DNA of 63,246 bases, counting the filler. It is 4 parts of 4 records of this genome, joined end to end, with 100 filler letters (N's around TTAATTAATTAA, not from the genome) between each part and the next. Parts side by side here need not be neighbours in the genome. Positions count along the whole stretch, not along the records: positions 23,308 to 44,260 come from DRR723986_1292; positions 44,361 to 58,001 come from DRR723986_1302; 2 more parts are not named here. One strand, written 5' to 3'. Of the stretch, positions 40,605-49,346 are shown in pieces (positions within the stretch are counted from its first letter, which is position 1; each line of letters starts with the position of its first letter). The notes beneath the pieces are model-generated. The model saw nothing but the letters and a program-made list of their open reading frames with translations, made no database searches and was not told where the DNA came from. The position numbers and the translations under genes are program-made.

Positions 40605-42719
40605 TCACCTCTGTACATTGAGTCGTTCGTCGCTGGCGCCCCAGATTTCAACCAAGAGCTTCTCCATATTTGGATCATGACGTTTGAGTTGTTCGCGGTT
40701 AAACGGGTAGAAATCATTCGTCCCAAAGAAGGCTTCGGACGACTCCGCGAAGTACTCCATCGGGTTGTTCAGCGCGTAGGCGCGAACGGTCTTACCGTCA
40801 CTGCGTAACACAGACTCGTAGAGACCACGCTCCTCTGCATTGCGAAACGCGTCTCGGATCTTCTGATTGTCGTACCCAAACACTTGGTCGTGGTACGCAT
40901 GCGCTAGCTCATGTAGCACCATTACAGGCATTCGCTTGATGTCGCGTTCAAAGCTGCGTGTGTTAGTGAACTCGACACATCGGTGCATCTGCAGCGGCCG
41001 CCCATTCTGCTTCAGCCAGTGCTTGCCTGGATGATACTCACCGGTGGGCCTAGCACCGACGTACGGCGGTGAGAGCCAGATGGGAACGTCGATGAGTCGC
41101 TCGAGTGCTTGGGGGGGGAGTACTCTCCGCACGATCCGCAGTTGATCGGCAAGCAACTCAAGAGCCTTCGTTGTCTCCTGAAGTTCGTCGCTGAACAACC
41201 GGTCGCTAATCCGTACGGGCCATCTTTCGATGACTTGCGTCGAATAGCCCTCAACTCTGAATTGGGGATCATCGCGTTTGATAAGCTCGGCAGTTAGCTT
41301 TGCTCGCAACTTCTGAAGCGTTTCCTCGTACTCCGGTTTGCCGGCAACGTTTGTTAGCTGTTCAGGATCGTTGGTAAGATCAAATAGCTCCTGTTTCGGT
41401 GGCTGGTCGAACGCGAGCTTGGCAAATCGCGATGATTCTGGCTCATCGCGATGGAGACGCAAGAACTGTTTGGTTGGCGACGGATCGATGTTGAATGAGA
41501 AAGCTCCACGGACCGTCGGCCAAGGCTGGACTGCGAAGTCAAATTCAGGATTCTTTCCCTCAACTTCTCCTGTTGGCCAGTTCTTCGGATCGAAATTGTG
41601 CACATACAGGAATTCATTTGTACGAAGTGCACGTGACGGGTAGGGGTAGACGTGCTGCTCCATTCCAGTAACCACAAAAGTTCGCTCTGGTTCCACTCGC
41701 TCGCTTTGGTCTGATGTAAGGATTGGCAGTAGGCTACGACCAGTCATCTGCTTTGGAATCTCAAGGCCTGCCGCTTCCAAGAAAGTCGGCGCAAGATCAC
41801 ACAGGTTCACGAAGTCACTGACGGTTCGACCGCCCTGAACGTTGGCACCCCAGCGAATCGCCAGCGGAACGCGCGTGCCCTGGTCATATAGAGTCGCTTT
41901 GCACCTTGGAAACGGCATTCCATTGTCACCGCTCACGACGACGATGGAATCCTCAAGCTCGCCCAGCCTTTCTAGCCTCTCTAGGACTTCTCCTACTTCA
42001 CGATCGAACCGCTGCACCTCCCAAAGATAATCAGCGACATCACCGCGAGTCGTTTCGTTGTCAGGAAGGCAGGCGGGCACCTTTACGTCCGACAAACGAA
42101 TTCCGCTCTTGGCTCCGACTCCAAGTTCATATGGCCGATGTGGATCCTGTCCTCCATGCCAATAGCAGAAGGGTTTGCCGGAGTTCCGGTTCTCTAAGAA
42201 GTGGTCAAAGGACTTGTAACGCGTTCCGAATGAGTCGCGGTTGCGAAAGGCGTGCTTGCTCGGCCAAACGCCTTTACCGTATCGTCCAACGTGATATCCA
42301 GCCGTCTGAAGCAACTCGCTGTAAACTGGATACTCTTCGCGCAATGATCCGCCGAGGCTATCGCCTTCCCTCAGTCGCCAATGATCTTGTCCGGTCAGAA
42401 TGCTAAGGCGACTTGGAGTGCAGGACGGCGTCGAGACAAAAGCGTTGGGGAAAAGACCCCCTTCCCGGGCTACTCGGTCAAAGTTTGGTGTTTGCACAAC
42501 GGGATCACCAAGAACTCCAGCGTGAGGCCACGACCAGTCGTCTGCCATCAAGACAACTATATTGGGACTGTTCGTTGTTGACGCCTCTCCCTTCGTTGCC
42601 TGCGATTGGACCTCAACCGTCTCACCAGCCCGCAGAAACGTAGGCACGACCGACGCAGTCGACAATATGAACAGAGTCAGTAAGGCCGCAATCGATCGTT
42701 CTAGCGTTCGATACATCAT
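40605..42719 (-). CDS. Secreted Cys-type sulfatase fused to a C-terminal HExxH zinc metallopeptidase-like domain
   Basis: PNIVVLMADD, SCTPSRLSILTG, GDNG, ELFDLTNDPEQ; then HELAHAYH...NPMEYFAESSEAFF. Confidence 0.88.
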   Translation of the reverse strand: MMYRTLERSIAALLTLFILSTASVVPTFLRAGETVEVQSQATKGEASTTNSPNIVVLMADDWSWPHAGVLGDPVVQTPNFDRVAREGGLFPNAFVSTPSCTPSRLSILTGQDHWRLREGDSLGGSLREEYPVYSELLQTAGYHVGRYGKGVWPSKHAFRNRDSFGTRYKSFDHFLENRNSGKPFCYWHGGQDPHRPYELGVGAKSGIRLSDVKVPACLPDNETTRGDVADYLWEVQRFDREVGEVLERLERLGELEDSIVVVSGDNGMPFPRCKATLYDQGTRVPLAIRWGANVQGGRTVSDFVNLCDLAPTFLEAAGLEIPKQMTGRSLLPILTSDQSERVEPERTFVVTGMEQHVYPYPSRALRTNEFLYVHNFDPKNWPTGEVEGKNPEFDFAVQPWPTVRGAFSFNIDPSPTKQFLRLHRDEPESSRFAKLAFDQPPKQELFDLTNDPEQLTNVAGKPEYEETLQKLRAKLTAELIKRDDPQFRVEGYSTQVIERWPVRISDRLFSDELQETTKALELLADQLRIVRRVLPPQALERLIDVPIWLSPPYVGARPTGEYHPGKHWLKQNGRPLQMHRCVEFTNTRSFERDIKRMPVMVLHELAHAYHDQVFGYDNQKIRDAFRNAEERGLYESVLRSDGKTVRAYALNNPMEYFAESSEAFFGTNDFYPFNREQLKRHDPNMEKLLVEIWGASDERLNVQR

Positions 42720-42991
42720 CGTTTTAGGGTACTTCAGCAGGGCAGTCGATCAAGCAACAGCACCGCGAGCTCTACAGCTTCGTCGGTCTGTCAGGGCGGG
42801 ATTCGGGGGAACTCTGACGTCCAGAATACCGCATCAGCCGACCGTTGAAGGCAGGCGACGGTCACACACAGCCAATAATTCCGAACCGCTGCCGAGATGG
42901 TTGCTTTTGCAGCGGATTGCACCAGCAGTACGGCCGTCGTTGCCCCATCAATTCGCATCGACAACTGCGGCTGCTCGATCAGCGAGAGATT

Positions 42992-43267
42992 TCAGGAGAG
43001 TTTTGATCCGATAAATGCCCCGATGAACGTGGCAACTAAGACGGACAAGACAAGCTGAAATCCCAGCACTATCGCCTCATCTGTATCGGGTATGCCGAGG
43101 CCCTCGACCAGGAAGCACGCCACAACCACACATAACAAGATTGGAATCACGAAGCTTACTCCACCGCAGCCCAACACCCCGCGGGAGTATTGCCGTCCCC
43201 CCGTATCGGGACACTCAGCTTGAGCTTCGCTCAACTCTTCGACGCTCACCTCTATTTCCGGTCTCAC
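42992..43267 (-). CDS. Small hypothetical membrane protein (two TM helices)
   Basis: 91 aa with two hydrophobic stretches; starts 5 nt after an attC-like core. Confidence 0.4.
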   Translation of the reverse strand: MRPEIEVSVEELSEAQAECPDTGGRQYSRGVLGCGGVSFVIPILLCVVVACFLVEGLGIPDTDEAIVLGFQLVLSVLVATFIGAFIGSKLS

Positions 43268-43272
43268 ATTCA

Positions 43273-43363
43273 GCAGAACGCCCGTTTACAGCGGGGCAGC
43301 GTGGCAGATTTTGATGTAAATCCAATTGGGATCGGAATCGGCGTGTGCAACGCAGTGTTCAAC
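43273..43363 (-). mobile_element. attC-like recombination site (degenerate)
   Basis: Minus strand: GTTGAAC-actgc-GTTGCAC...GCTGTAAAC-gggc-GTTCTGC, beginning 3 nt after the upstream stop codon. Confidence 0.5.
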
Positions 43364-43366
43364 CAA

Positions 43367-43966
43367 TCAGTACGATTGTACCTTGGTGGCGTGAGAACCA
43401 CAGTGTGTGCAAACGAAAACATAGATCATCGCACAGTCCCAGTAGGCAAAGTCGTTCGGAAATGAAGTATCCAATTGCGCGTAGAATGTCATGTTGAATC
43501 CACAACACTTCGGAGTATCTTCAGATTGAATCCAGTCAGGTGTTCCCCCAATCTTAAACTTGGGATAGTTGCCTTCTTCAGTAGCACCGGTGTGAGTCGA
43601 GCGCGGAAGACCGTCCACAGAGAGTGTGTGCTCATCCAAGGTAGGTCCTGGTTCGGCATCTGCGCCGAGCCATTTGCCTAATGCAGACGCCGCTACGTTC
43701 CAGGCCACCTTATCTTCGAACGAGGAGTCAGGAAAGACTACCGTGATATCCCGCTGGTTGGTGTCGGCTTCGTGTTGAGATTGACCAGAGTTCTGCGATT
43801 GCCGTAGTCGTCTCATCTCGCCAACCCCGGGCAACGAAACTCCTCGATGCATATTTTCGCTAAGCACGTTTCCGAGTGCCTTGAGCACACCCGATACGTC
43901 TTCGGGCTTCAGACGGGTTTGCTCGGCAATGAGTGCTACCAGTTCTTCTTTGTCAATTGGTTTCAT
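43367..43966 (-). CDS. HU/IHF-like N-terminal domain fused to DUF1963/YwqG-like C-terminal domain
   Basis: KEELVALIAEQTRLKPEDV...VSLPGVG resembles the HU body; KIGGTPDWIQ...C..MTFYAQLD...WDCAMIYVFVCTHC...VQSY resembles YwqG/PDCD2_C. Confidence 0.65.
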   Translation of the reverse strand: MKPIDKEELVALIAEQTRLKPEDVSGVLKALGNVLSENMHRGVSLPGVGEMRRLRQSQNSGQSQHEADTNQRDITVVFPDSSFEDKVAWNVAASALGKWLGADAEPGPTLDEHTLSVDGLPRSTHTGATEEGNYPKFKIGGTPDWIQSEDTPKCCGFNMTFYAQLDTSFPNDFAYWDCAMIYVFVCTHCGSHATKVQSY

Positions 43967-43975
43967 AGTGTTTGT

Positions 43976-44108
43976 GTTGAACGAAGCGGTGTTGCGCGAC
44001 GGTTTGCGCTAGTGGTCAAACGAGAATATAGACGTTACCACATCAAGCTTTTCGAAACCAACCAGCATTTCGCGAAACCATTTGAATCCAGCCGTTTCAC
44101 CGTTAGTC
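43976..44108 (-). mobile_element. Second attC-like imperfect hairpin
   Basis: Minus strand GACTAAC-GGTG...GGTTTCGCG...CGCAAACC...CACC-gcttc-GTTCAAC. Confidence 0.35.
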
Positions 44109-44260
44109 GCCCGCCATCGTGCGCTTTTCCGCTGTCGGTCAGCAAACCTGAGTAAGCTACATCTGTACTGTCAGACCATTGGGCAAAAGGAAATCCAAGC
44201 GCACAATTTGTGAATAAGTGTGAAGCCAGAACATGCCAGAGATCTCAACCAGATCCTCTA

Positions 44261-44360
44261 NNNNNNNNNNNNNNNNNNNNNNNNNNNNNNNNNNNNNNNN
44301 NNNNTTAATTAATTAANNNNNNNNNNNNNNNNNNNNNNNNNNNNNNNNNNNNNNNNNNNN
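44261..44360. other. Artificial contig linker
   Basis: N-run/TTAATTAATTAA/N-run. Confidence 0.98.
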
Positions 44361-45269
44361 GTTGCCGGTCTGGGTATTGATCACGTCGCCATGGTTGGCG
44401 CCCTCGCTCATCAGCACCGGGTAGTGGTTGTAATACAACCCGGACGGGCCGTTCTGTCCGCTGACTTTACCGGCCAGGCTGATGCTGTTGGAGCAGGAAT
44501 CAATACCGCTGGCACTGGTTGCTCCGCAGGCTGAATGGGTGGGAACAACGCCATCGTCGGTGCCATCAATAAAGGGTTTGGTGATACCTCCGTAGGATGA
44601 GCCACCGCCAACGAACCGCAGGCGCGGAATGCTGTTGGGGCTGACGGCCAGGTTGCGGGCAACGTTGGTCTGCAAGTCGTTGACCACACCCAGATTATCC
44701 GGCTCCGGGTCAATGCCGGTAAAGGCTTTGACCGCCTGTTTCACCGGCCAGTTGTACCAGCTGTCGTTGTAGGCAATGCTCACGGCCAGGTCGGCCAGTT
44801 CCGTGCCACCACCGGCACCGGCCATGTCCAGTACTGCCAGGATTTTCAGCGGTTGCAGGCCTTCCGATTGCAGCCAGCGCGCCTGGTTTTCCAGCAGATG
44901 GCGGGTTACCAGATCGCCGGTGGAGTGGGTAACAACAACGCAGTAGTCATTACACAGCCCTTGCTGACTGATCTGCCGCAGTTGCTGAAAAGCCTGCTGG
45001 GCGATCTGGCCTTCTACCCGGCCATTGCTGGCCCAGTCGATACGGGCTTCGGCCCGGTTCAGCCAGTATTCCCGCCAGTTATCTTCGCCGGCCTGCTGGA
45101 CTTCCTGGAAGTTGGCCGGTGGGTTGGACAGATCATCCATCATGAAGCCGTGAACCAGAATCACATTGTGGCCGGCCAACTGCGCACTTGCGCCAGTGGC
45201 AAACAGGCCGCCAGCCAGCGCTGTCGCGAGGGCGGTTTTCGTCAGGCATCCTCTTCTTTTCATTGTCAT
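44361..45269 (-). CDS. Secreted lipase-like alpha/beta hydrolase (3' truncated by contig end)
   Basis: Signal peptide; VILVHGF oxyanion motif, THSTG nucleophile elbow, DGVVP, NHG. Confidence 0.8.
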
Positions 45270-45309
45270 TGGTTGCTCCGTTTCTTTCCGATTTATTGTT
45301 GTGGTGTTA

Positions 45310-46374
45310 TCAGAACTTGTCCGCCAGCTGCCGTAGCAGGGCAGCCCGTTGTTCTGATTCGGGATTCATCGCCGGCTGGTTTTGGAGGCCGTCCAGATCC
45401 GGCGGTGAAAATTCATAGCCTTCCTCGGGACCGAAGGCGTAGTCGGTGCGGTCGCCCGGGGCGGCGGGTAACCGGCGTATCTGCAAATGCCTAAGTTGCA
45501 GGGTGCCCTGAATGTCGCGATTGGCTAACACGCTGCCATGGGCTTTCAGGCGAATGACGGCCGAGCTGCTGCCCAGAGACGTTTCCTGTTGCAATTGGGC
45601 CAGCGGGGTTTCGCCGCTGTAGAGCTGTGCAGAGAGGGCGTAATAGCCAGACTGTTCCGGGTCGAAGCGCACAGGGATGACCAGGTCGTTCCCAGACACA
45701 TAGGCGGTTTCCAGACCCTCGAAGCTGCCCAGGTCGGGTTCGATGGTCAGTGAAGACACATGTCGAACGGGCTTGCCGTCTACCCGGGCCTCCACAATCA
45801 ACCGGTACTCGCCGGGGGGATGATCGGAACTGACGGTGCCCTGGTAATAACCGGGGTCTGCATTCTCCAGCTCGGCAGAGGCTACCCGGCCCCGCTCTCC
45901 GGCCGTCTCCAGGGTGGCGGACAGAGACTGGCCGAACACCTGACGACCATTCAGTGACGCTACCACCAGAATCGGCTCACCCTGGCTGAAGCGGAATTTG
46001 TCCAGCGTCACCACAAAGCGGCCATCACCTTCGAGCGGGAGCACGACCGGGTGGTAGCGGTTGCCTTGGTAAGCCTCTGCCTGAGCTTTGGTCAGCGGCA
46101 CCGAATAATCCGGGTACCGAATGGTCTGTTGGTATTCATCTGCAACACTTGCCAGCATGAAGCCCAGCGCATTTTCAGAGGGTGGCTCGGGAACAGGCCC
46201 GGCAGGTGTGGCCGGAGCTACGGTATCCTGGTTAGAAACCATTTGGGGCGCGGAAGAGTTGGTGTCTTGCAGCAGGCCCCGGAAGCTGCCCTCGTTCTCG
46301 GCAGAGAGCAGCCACACGGTGCCGGCCACACCGGCGGTGATGGCCAGGGTTAGGCTTAATGCCCGGTACGGCAT
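45310..46374 (-). CDS. N-terminally anchored periplasmic hypothetical protein with Ig-like beta domains
   Basis: 354 aa; N-terminal TM helix, Pro-rich linker, beta-rich body; directly upstream of the hydrolase. Confidence 0.75.
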   Translation of the reverse strand: MPYRALSLTLAITAGVAGTVWLLSAENEGSFRGLLQDTNSSAPQMVSNQDTVAPATPAGPVPEPPSENALGFMLASVADEYQQTIRYPDYSVPLTKAQAEAYQGNRYHPVVLPLEGDGRFVVTLDKFRFSQGEPILVVASLNGRQVFGQSLSATLETAGERGRVASAELENADPGYYQGTVSSDHPPGEYRLIVEARVDGKPVRHVSSLTIEPDLGSFEGLETAYVSGNDLVIPVRFDPEQSGYYALSAQLYSGETPLAQLQQETSLGSSSAVIRLKAHGSVLANRDIQGTLQLRHLQIRRLPAAPGDRTDYAFGPEEGYEFSPPDLDGLQNQPAMNPESEQRAALLRQLADKF

Positions 46375-46503
46375 TGTCAGACCCCGTTATTGTTGTTGAT
46401 GGTTGGGTTAACTTTTAACCATAGGGTCGGATTGTCCTAAACGGCAAAAATTTAGGCCGGAATTGCGGAGGTTTTGTGTCGTTTTGAGAGGCGGTTCTCA
46501 AAG

Positions 46504-47106
46504 TCAGAACCAGCCACTGTCTTTGATGGCCTCAAAGCCGAAGCGCAGCCGCACTTCGTCTCCCACCAGCCCGTTTTCCAGGCCGTAGGTCATGCCCCAA
46601 TCGCTGCGGTTGATGACAGCCTCCGCGCTTATGCCCAGGGTGTAGTCTTCATGGCCGATGGGATACTCCGCGGCCTTGTTCAGGGTGACATTCACATCGA
46701 CCGGTCGGGTCTGCCCCAGCAAGGTCAGGTCGCCGGTCACTACGCCAGTATTGTCACCGGTTTTTTCAAAGTCACTCACCACAAAGGTAATCTCCGGGTA
46801 TTTGCTGGCGTCCAGAAAATCGGGCTTGCGGAGGTGGTCGTCCCGTTTATCGTGGTTGGTAAAGACACTGCTGGCTTTGAAAACCAGCTTCCCGGAATTC
46901 AGTTCTCCGGTTTCTTCATTGTATTCAAACTGGCCTTCAATATCCCGGAACATGCCCATCACCGGGGCATAACCGATATGCATGATTTCGAAGCTCATGG
47001 AAAAGTGCTCTTCGTCCACTTCGAACTTAGCCGGCTCTGCAGACACACTGGTAGCGGTGGCCAGCAGGATTGAGGTTGTCAGAGCTTCAGGAAATGACAG
47101 TTTCAT
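46504..47106 (-). CDS. YceI family periplasmic protein
   Basis: Signal peptide; H..F...H.G, RDDHLRKPDFL, YPEITF, GDLTLLGQT, INRSDWGM. Confidence 0.92.
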   Translation of the reverse strand: MKLSFPEALTTSILLATATSVSAEPAKFEVDEEHFSMSFEIMHIGYAPVMGMFRDIEGQFEYNEETGELNSGKLVFKASSVFTNHDKRDDHLRKPDFLDASKYPEITFVVSDFEKTGDNTGVVTGDLTLLGQTRPVDVNVTLNKAAEYPIGHEDYTLGISAEAVINRSDWGMTYGLENGLVGDEVRLRFGFEAIKDSGWF

Positions 47107-47842
47107 GATTTTGTCTCCTTTGGTAGAGCCAGCGCACGTCCAGATAAAAGGACCAGGCAAGCAACGCCAGAGCGAGCCCGAGCGTCAGGCTGGCGAACAA
47201 TGCAGGGGTAATGGGCACAACGGCGACCATCAGTGTGACCACCTGCCAGACACAGATGGTCTTCCGTCGGAAGCTGTCTGGCAGCGGGTTATTCAGCCAG
47301 GGCAGCGGCCAACTGGCCAATACGAACAGATAGCGCATCAGGCCCAGGGCAATGACCCAGCTACCGGCTTTCTCCAGAGCCAGTGTGGCAACGCACAGCC
47401 CGAGGATAAAGAGCGCGTCCAGCTCCATATCGAAACGGGCACCGAAGGCGCTATGGCTTCCTGTTGCCCGGGCGATTTTGCCGTCGACACCGTCCAGCAA
47501 CAGGGCGATCAGGCTGATAACCGCATAACTCCAGAGCGCGGCTGAGGTTGCTGAAGACGAGTGGTCACCGAGGAACGGAGCCCAGCCAACCAGTGCCAGC
47601 ACCAGAACCGAGCGCAGCAGCGTGGCGCGGTTGGCCCAGCCGAAGTCGGCCCTCCGCCGCCAGTGCCGGAGGATAAGGGCACTTTGCCCGAGATAGAATG
47701 CAAAGGTGATTAACCAGAAGCCGGTTGGCAGATCAAAGGCTTTGTCCAGAAAAAACGAAACGCCAGCCAGGCCCAGCATTCCCAGGATCAGATCACTGAT
47801 GGGGCTGAAACTTCCTTTCATTGAGGTGCTGGTGGAATCCAT
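47087..47842 (-). CDS. CDP-alcohol phosphatidyltransferase family protein
   Basis: ANRATLLR and DGVDGKIAR...GARFDMELD signature. Confidence 0.92.
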   Translation of the reverse strand: MDSTSTSMKGSFSPISDLILGMLGLAGVSFFLDKAFDLPTGFWLITFAFYLGQSALILRHWRRRADFGWANRATLLRSVLVLALVGWAPFLGDHSSSATSAALWSYAVISLIALLLDGVDGKIARATGSHSAFGARFDMELDALFILGLCVATLALEKAGSWVIALGLMRYLFVLASWPLPWLNNPLPDSFRRKTICVWQVVTLMVAVVPITPALFASLTLGLALALLAWSFYLDVRWLYQRRQNHETVIS

Positions 47843-47953
47843 ACGCCATTGCGTCCGTATAGCCTGTGAGTGGCGTTAGCAAGCTCCCATTCTATGACTA
47901 TAGTTTGGAGAGACTGCTTTTGCGTACGCGACCATTCATCAAATGGACTATTC

Positions 47954-48934
47954 ATGGACGTTGAGAACAACACTGCCTTTTGGATTACCGGGTATCAGGA
48001 GGCCAGGTTAGGGCCAGTGCCCGAGCCGACATTTCCCGCTTCTGAAACACCGTATGTGATCGTTCGTTCCCGCTATTCCGGCATCAGCCGGGGGACGGAA
48101 TCCCTCGTCTACAACAACCAGGTTCCTGAAAACGAATACCAGAGAATGCGGGCACCGTTTCAGGAAGGCGAATTTCCGTTTCCGGTGAAATACGGCTATG
48201 CCAGTGTAGGAGAGGTTGTGGACGGGCCGGAAGCCCTGCTGGGGCAGAACGTATTCTGCCTCTATCCTCACCAGCAGCGATACGCGGTGCCCGCATCCGC
48301 GGTTCTGCCTTTGCCAGCCAAGGTTCCAGCCGAGCGAGCAGTGCTGGCGGCCAACATGGAGACCGCCGTTAATGGAGTCTGGGATGGGCAGCCTGCGGTT
48401 GGTGACCGGGTCGCGGTGATTGGTCTTGGCGTGGTGGGCTTGTTGGTGGCCTGGCTGGTCAATCGCATTCCCGGCGTGGAACTGATTGCGGTTGATACCA
48501 ATGAAGGGCGAAGATCGGTGGCTCAAGCCCTTGGCGTACGGTTCACTACCGAGCCGGACATCCAGAACTGTGACCTGGTATTTCATGCTTCCGGGCACCC
48601 CTCGGGGTTGGCCAAAGCCTTGTCGCTGGCGGGGCCGGATGCCCGGGTGGTTGAATTGAGCTGGTATGGCGACACGCCTGTTTCCGTGCCGCTGGGCCAC
48701 GCGTTTCACCCGAACCGGCTGACTCTGAAATCAAGCCAGGTGGGCCAGCTATCGCCGGAGCGCAGACCGCGCTGGCACCATCGCCGACGCCTGGAACTGG
48801 CGCTTTCCCTGCTGTCAGAGCCGGTTCTGGATGCGCTGATCAGTGGAGAGTCGAGCTTTGACCAGCTTCCGAAAGTCGCCAGAGATATCCTGATGCCGGG
48901 CGCCGATGCGCTTTGCCACCGAATCGTTTACTAA
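47954..48934 (+). CDS. Zinc-binding alcohol dehydrogenase-like (MDR) protein
   Basis: SGISRGTE, YGYASVG, ANMETAVN, GLGVVG; start reset to MDVENN. Confidence 0.88.
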   Translation: MDVENNTAFWITGYQEARLGPVPEPTFPASETPYVIVRSRYSGISRGTESLVYNNQVPENEYQRMRAPFQEGEFPFPVKYGYASVGEVVDGPEALLGQNVFCLYPHQQRYAVPASAVLPLPAKVPAERAVLAANMETAVNGVWDGQPAVGDRVAVIGLGVVGLLVAWLVNRIPGVELIAVDTNEGRRSVAQALGVRFTTEPDIQNCDLVFHASGHPSGLAKALSLAGPDARVVELSWYGDTPVSVPLGHAFHPNRLTLKSSQVGQLSPERRPRWHHRRRLELALSLLSEPVLDALISGESSFDQLPKVARDILMPGADALCHRIVY

Positions 48935-48947
48935 CCAGGGAGAGACT

Positions 48948-49346
48948 ATGTTCAGCCTGACCGTTCGTGATCACATGATGATCGCCCACAGCTTTAACGG
49001 TGAGATTTTCGGGCCTGCCCAGGGCGTTCACGGGGCAACCTATGTGGTGGATGTTACTTTCGAGCGCCACGTACTCGACAACAACGACCTGATTGTCGAC
49101 ATCGGGCAGGCTTCGGCGTTGCTCAAGGACGTGTTGTCGGAATTCAACATGAAGAACCTGGATGATATTCCCCAGTTTGCGGGACGAAACACCACCACAG
49201 AGTTCATGACCAAGGTTGTGTTCGACCGCATGGCAGCGGCCATTCACGCCGGGCGTCTGGGTGACGACGGTAAAGGCGTGGTCAGCTTGAAAGTGACCCT
49301 CAGCGAGTCGCACATCGCGTGGGCCAGCTACCATGCCGGCATCTGA
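48948..49346 (+). CDS. 6-pyruvoyl-tetrahydropterin synthase/QueD-like protein (Cys-less FGPAQxxHG type)
   Basis: IAHSF..EIFGPAQGVHGAT, NLDD, NTTTE, ESHIAWASY; purine-rich RBS before ATG 48948. Confidence 0.9.
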   Translation: MFSLTVRDHMMIAHSFNGEIFGPAQGVHGATYVVDVTFERHVLDNNDLIVDIGQASALLKDVLSEFNMKNLDDIPQFAGRNTTTEFMTKVVFDRMAAAIHAGRLGDDGKGVVSLKVTLSESHIAWASYHAGI

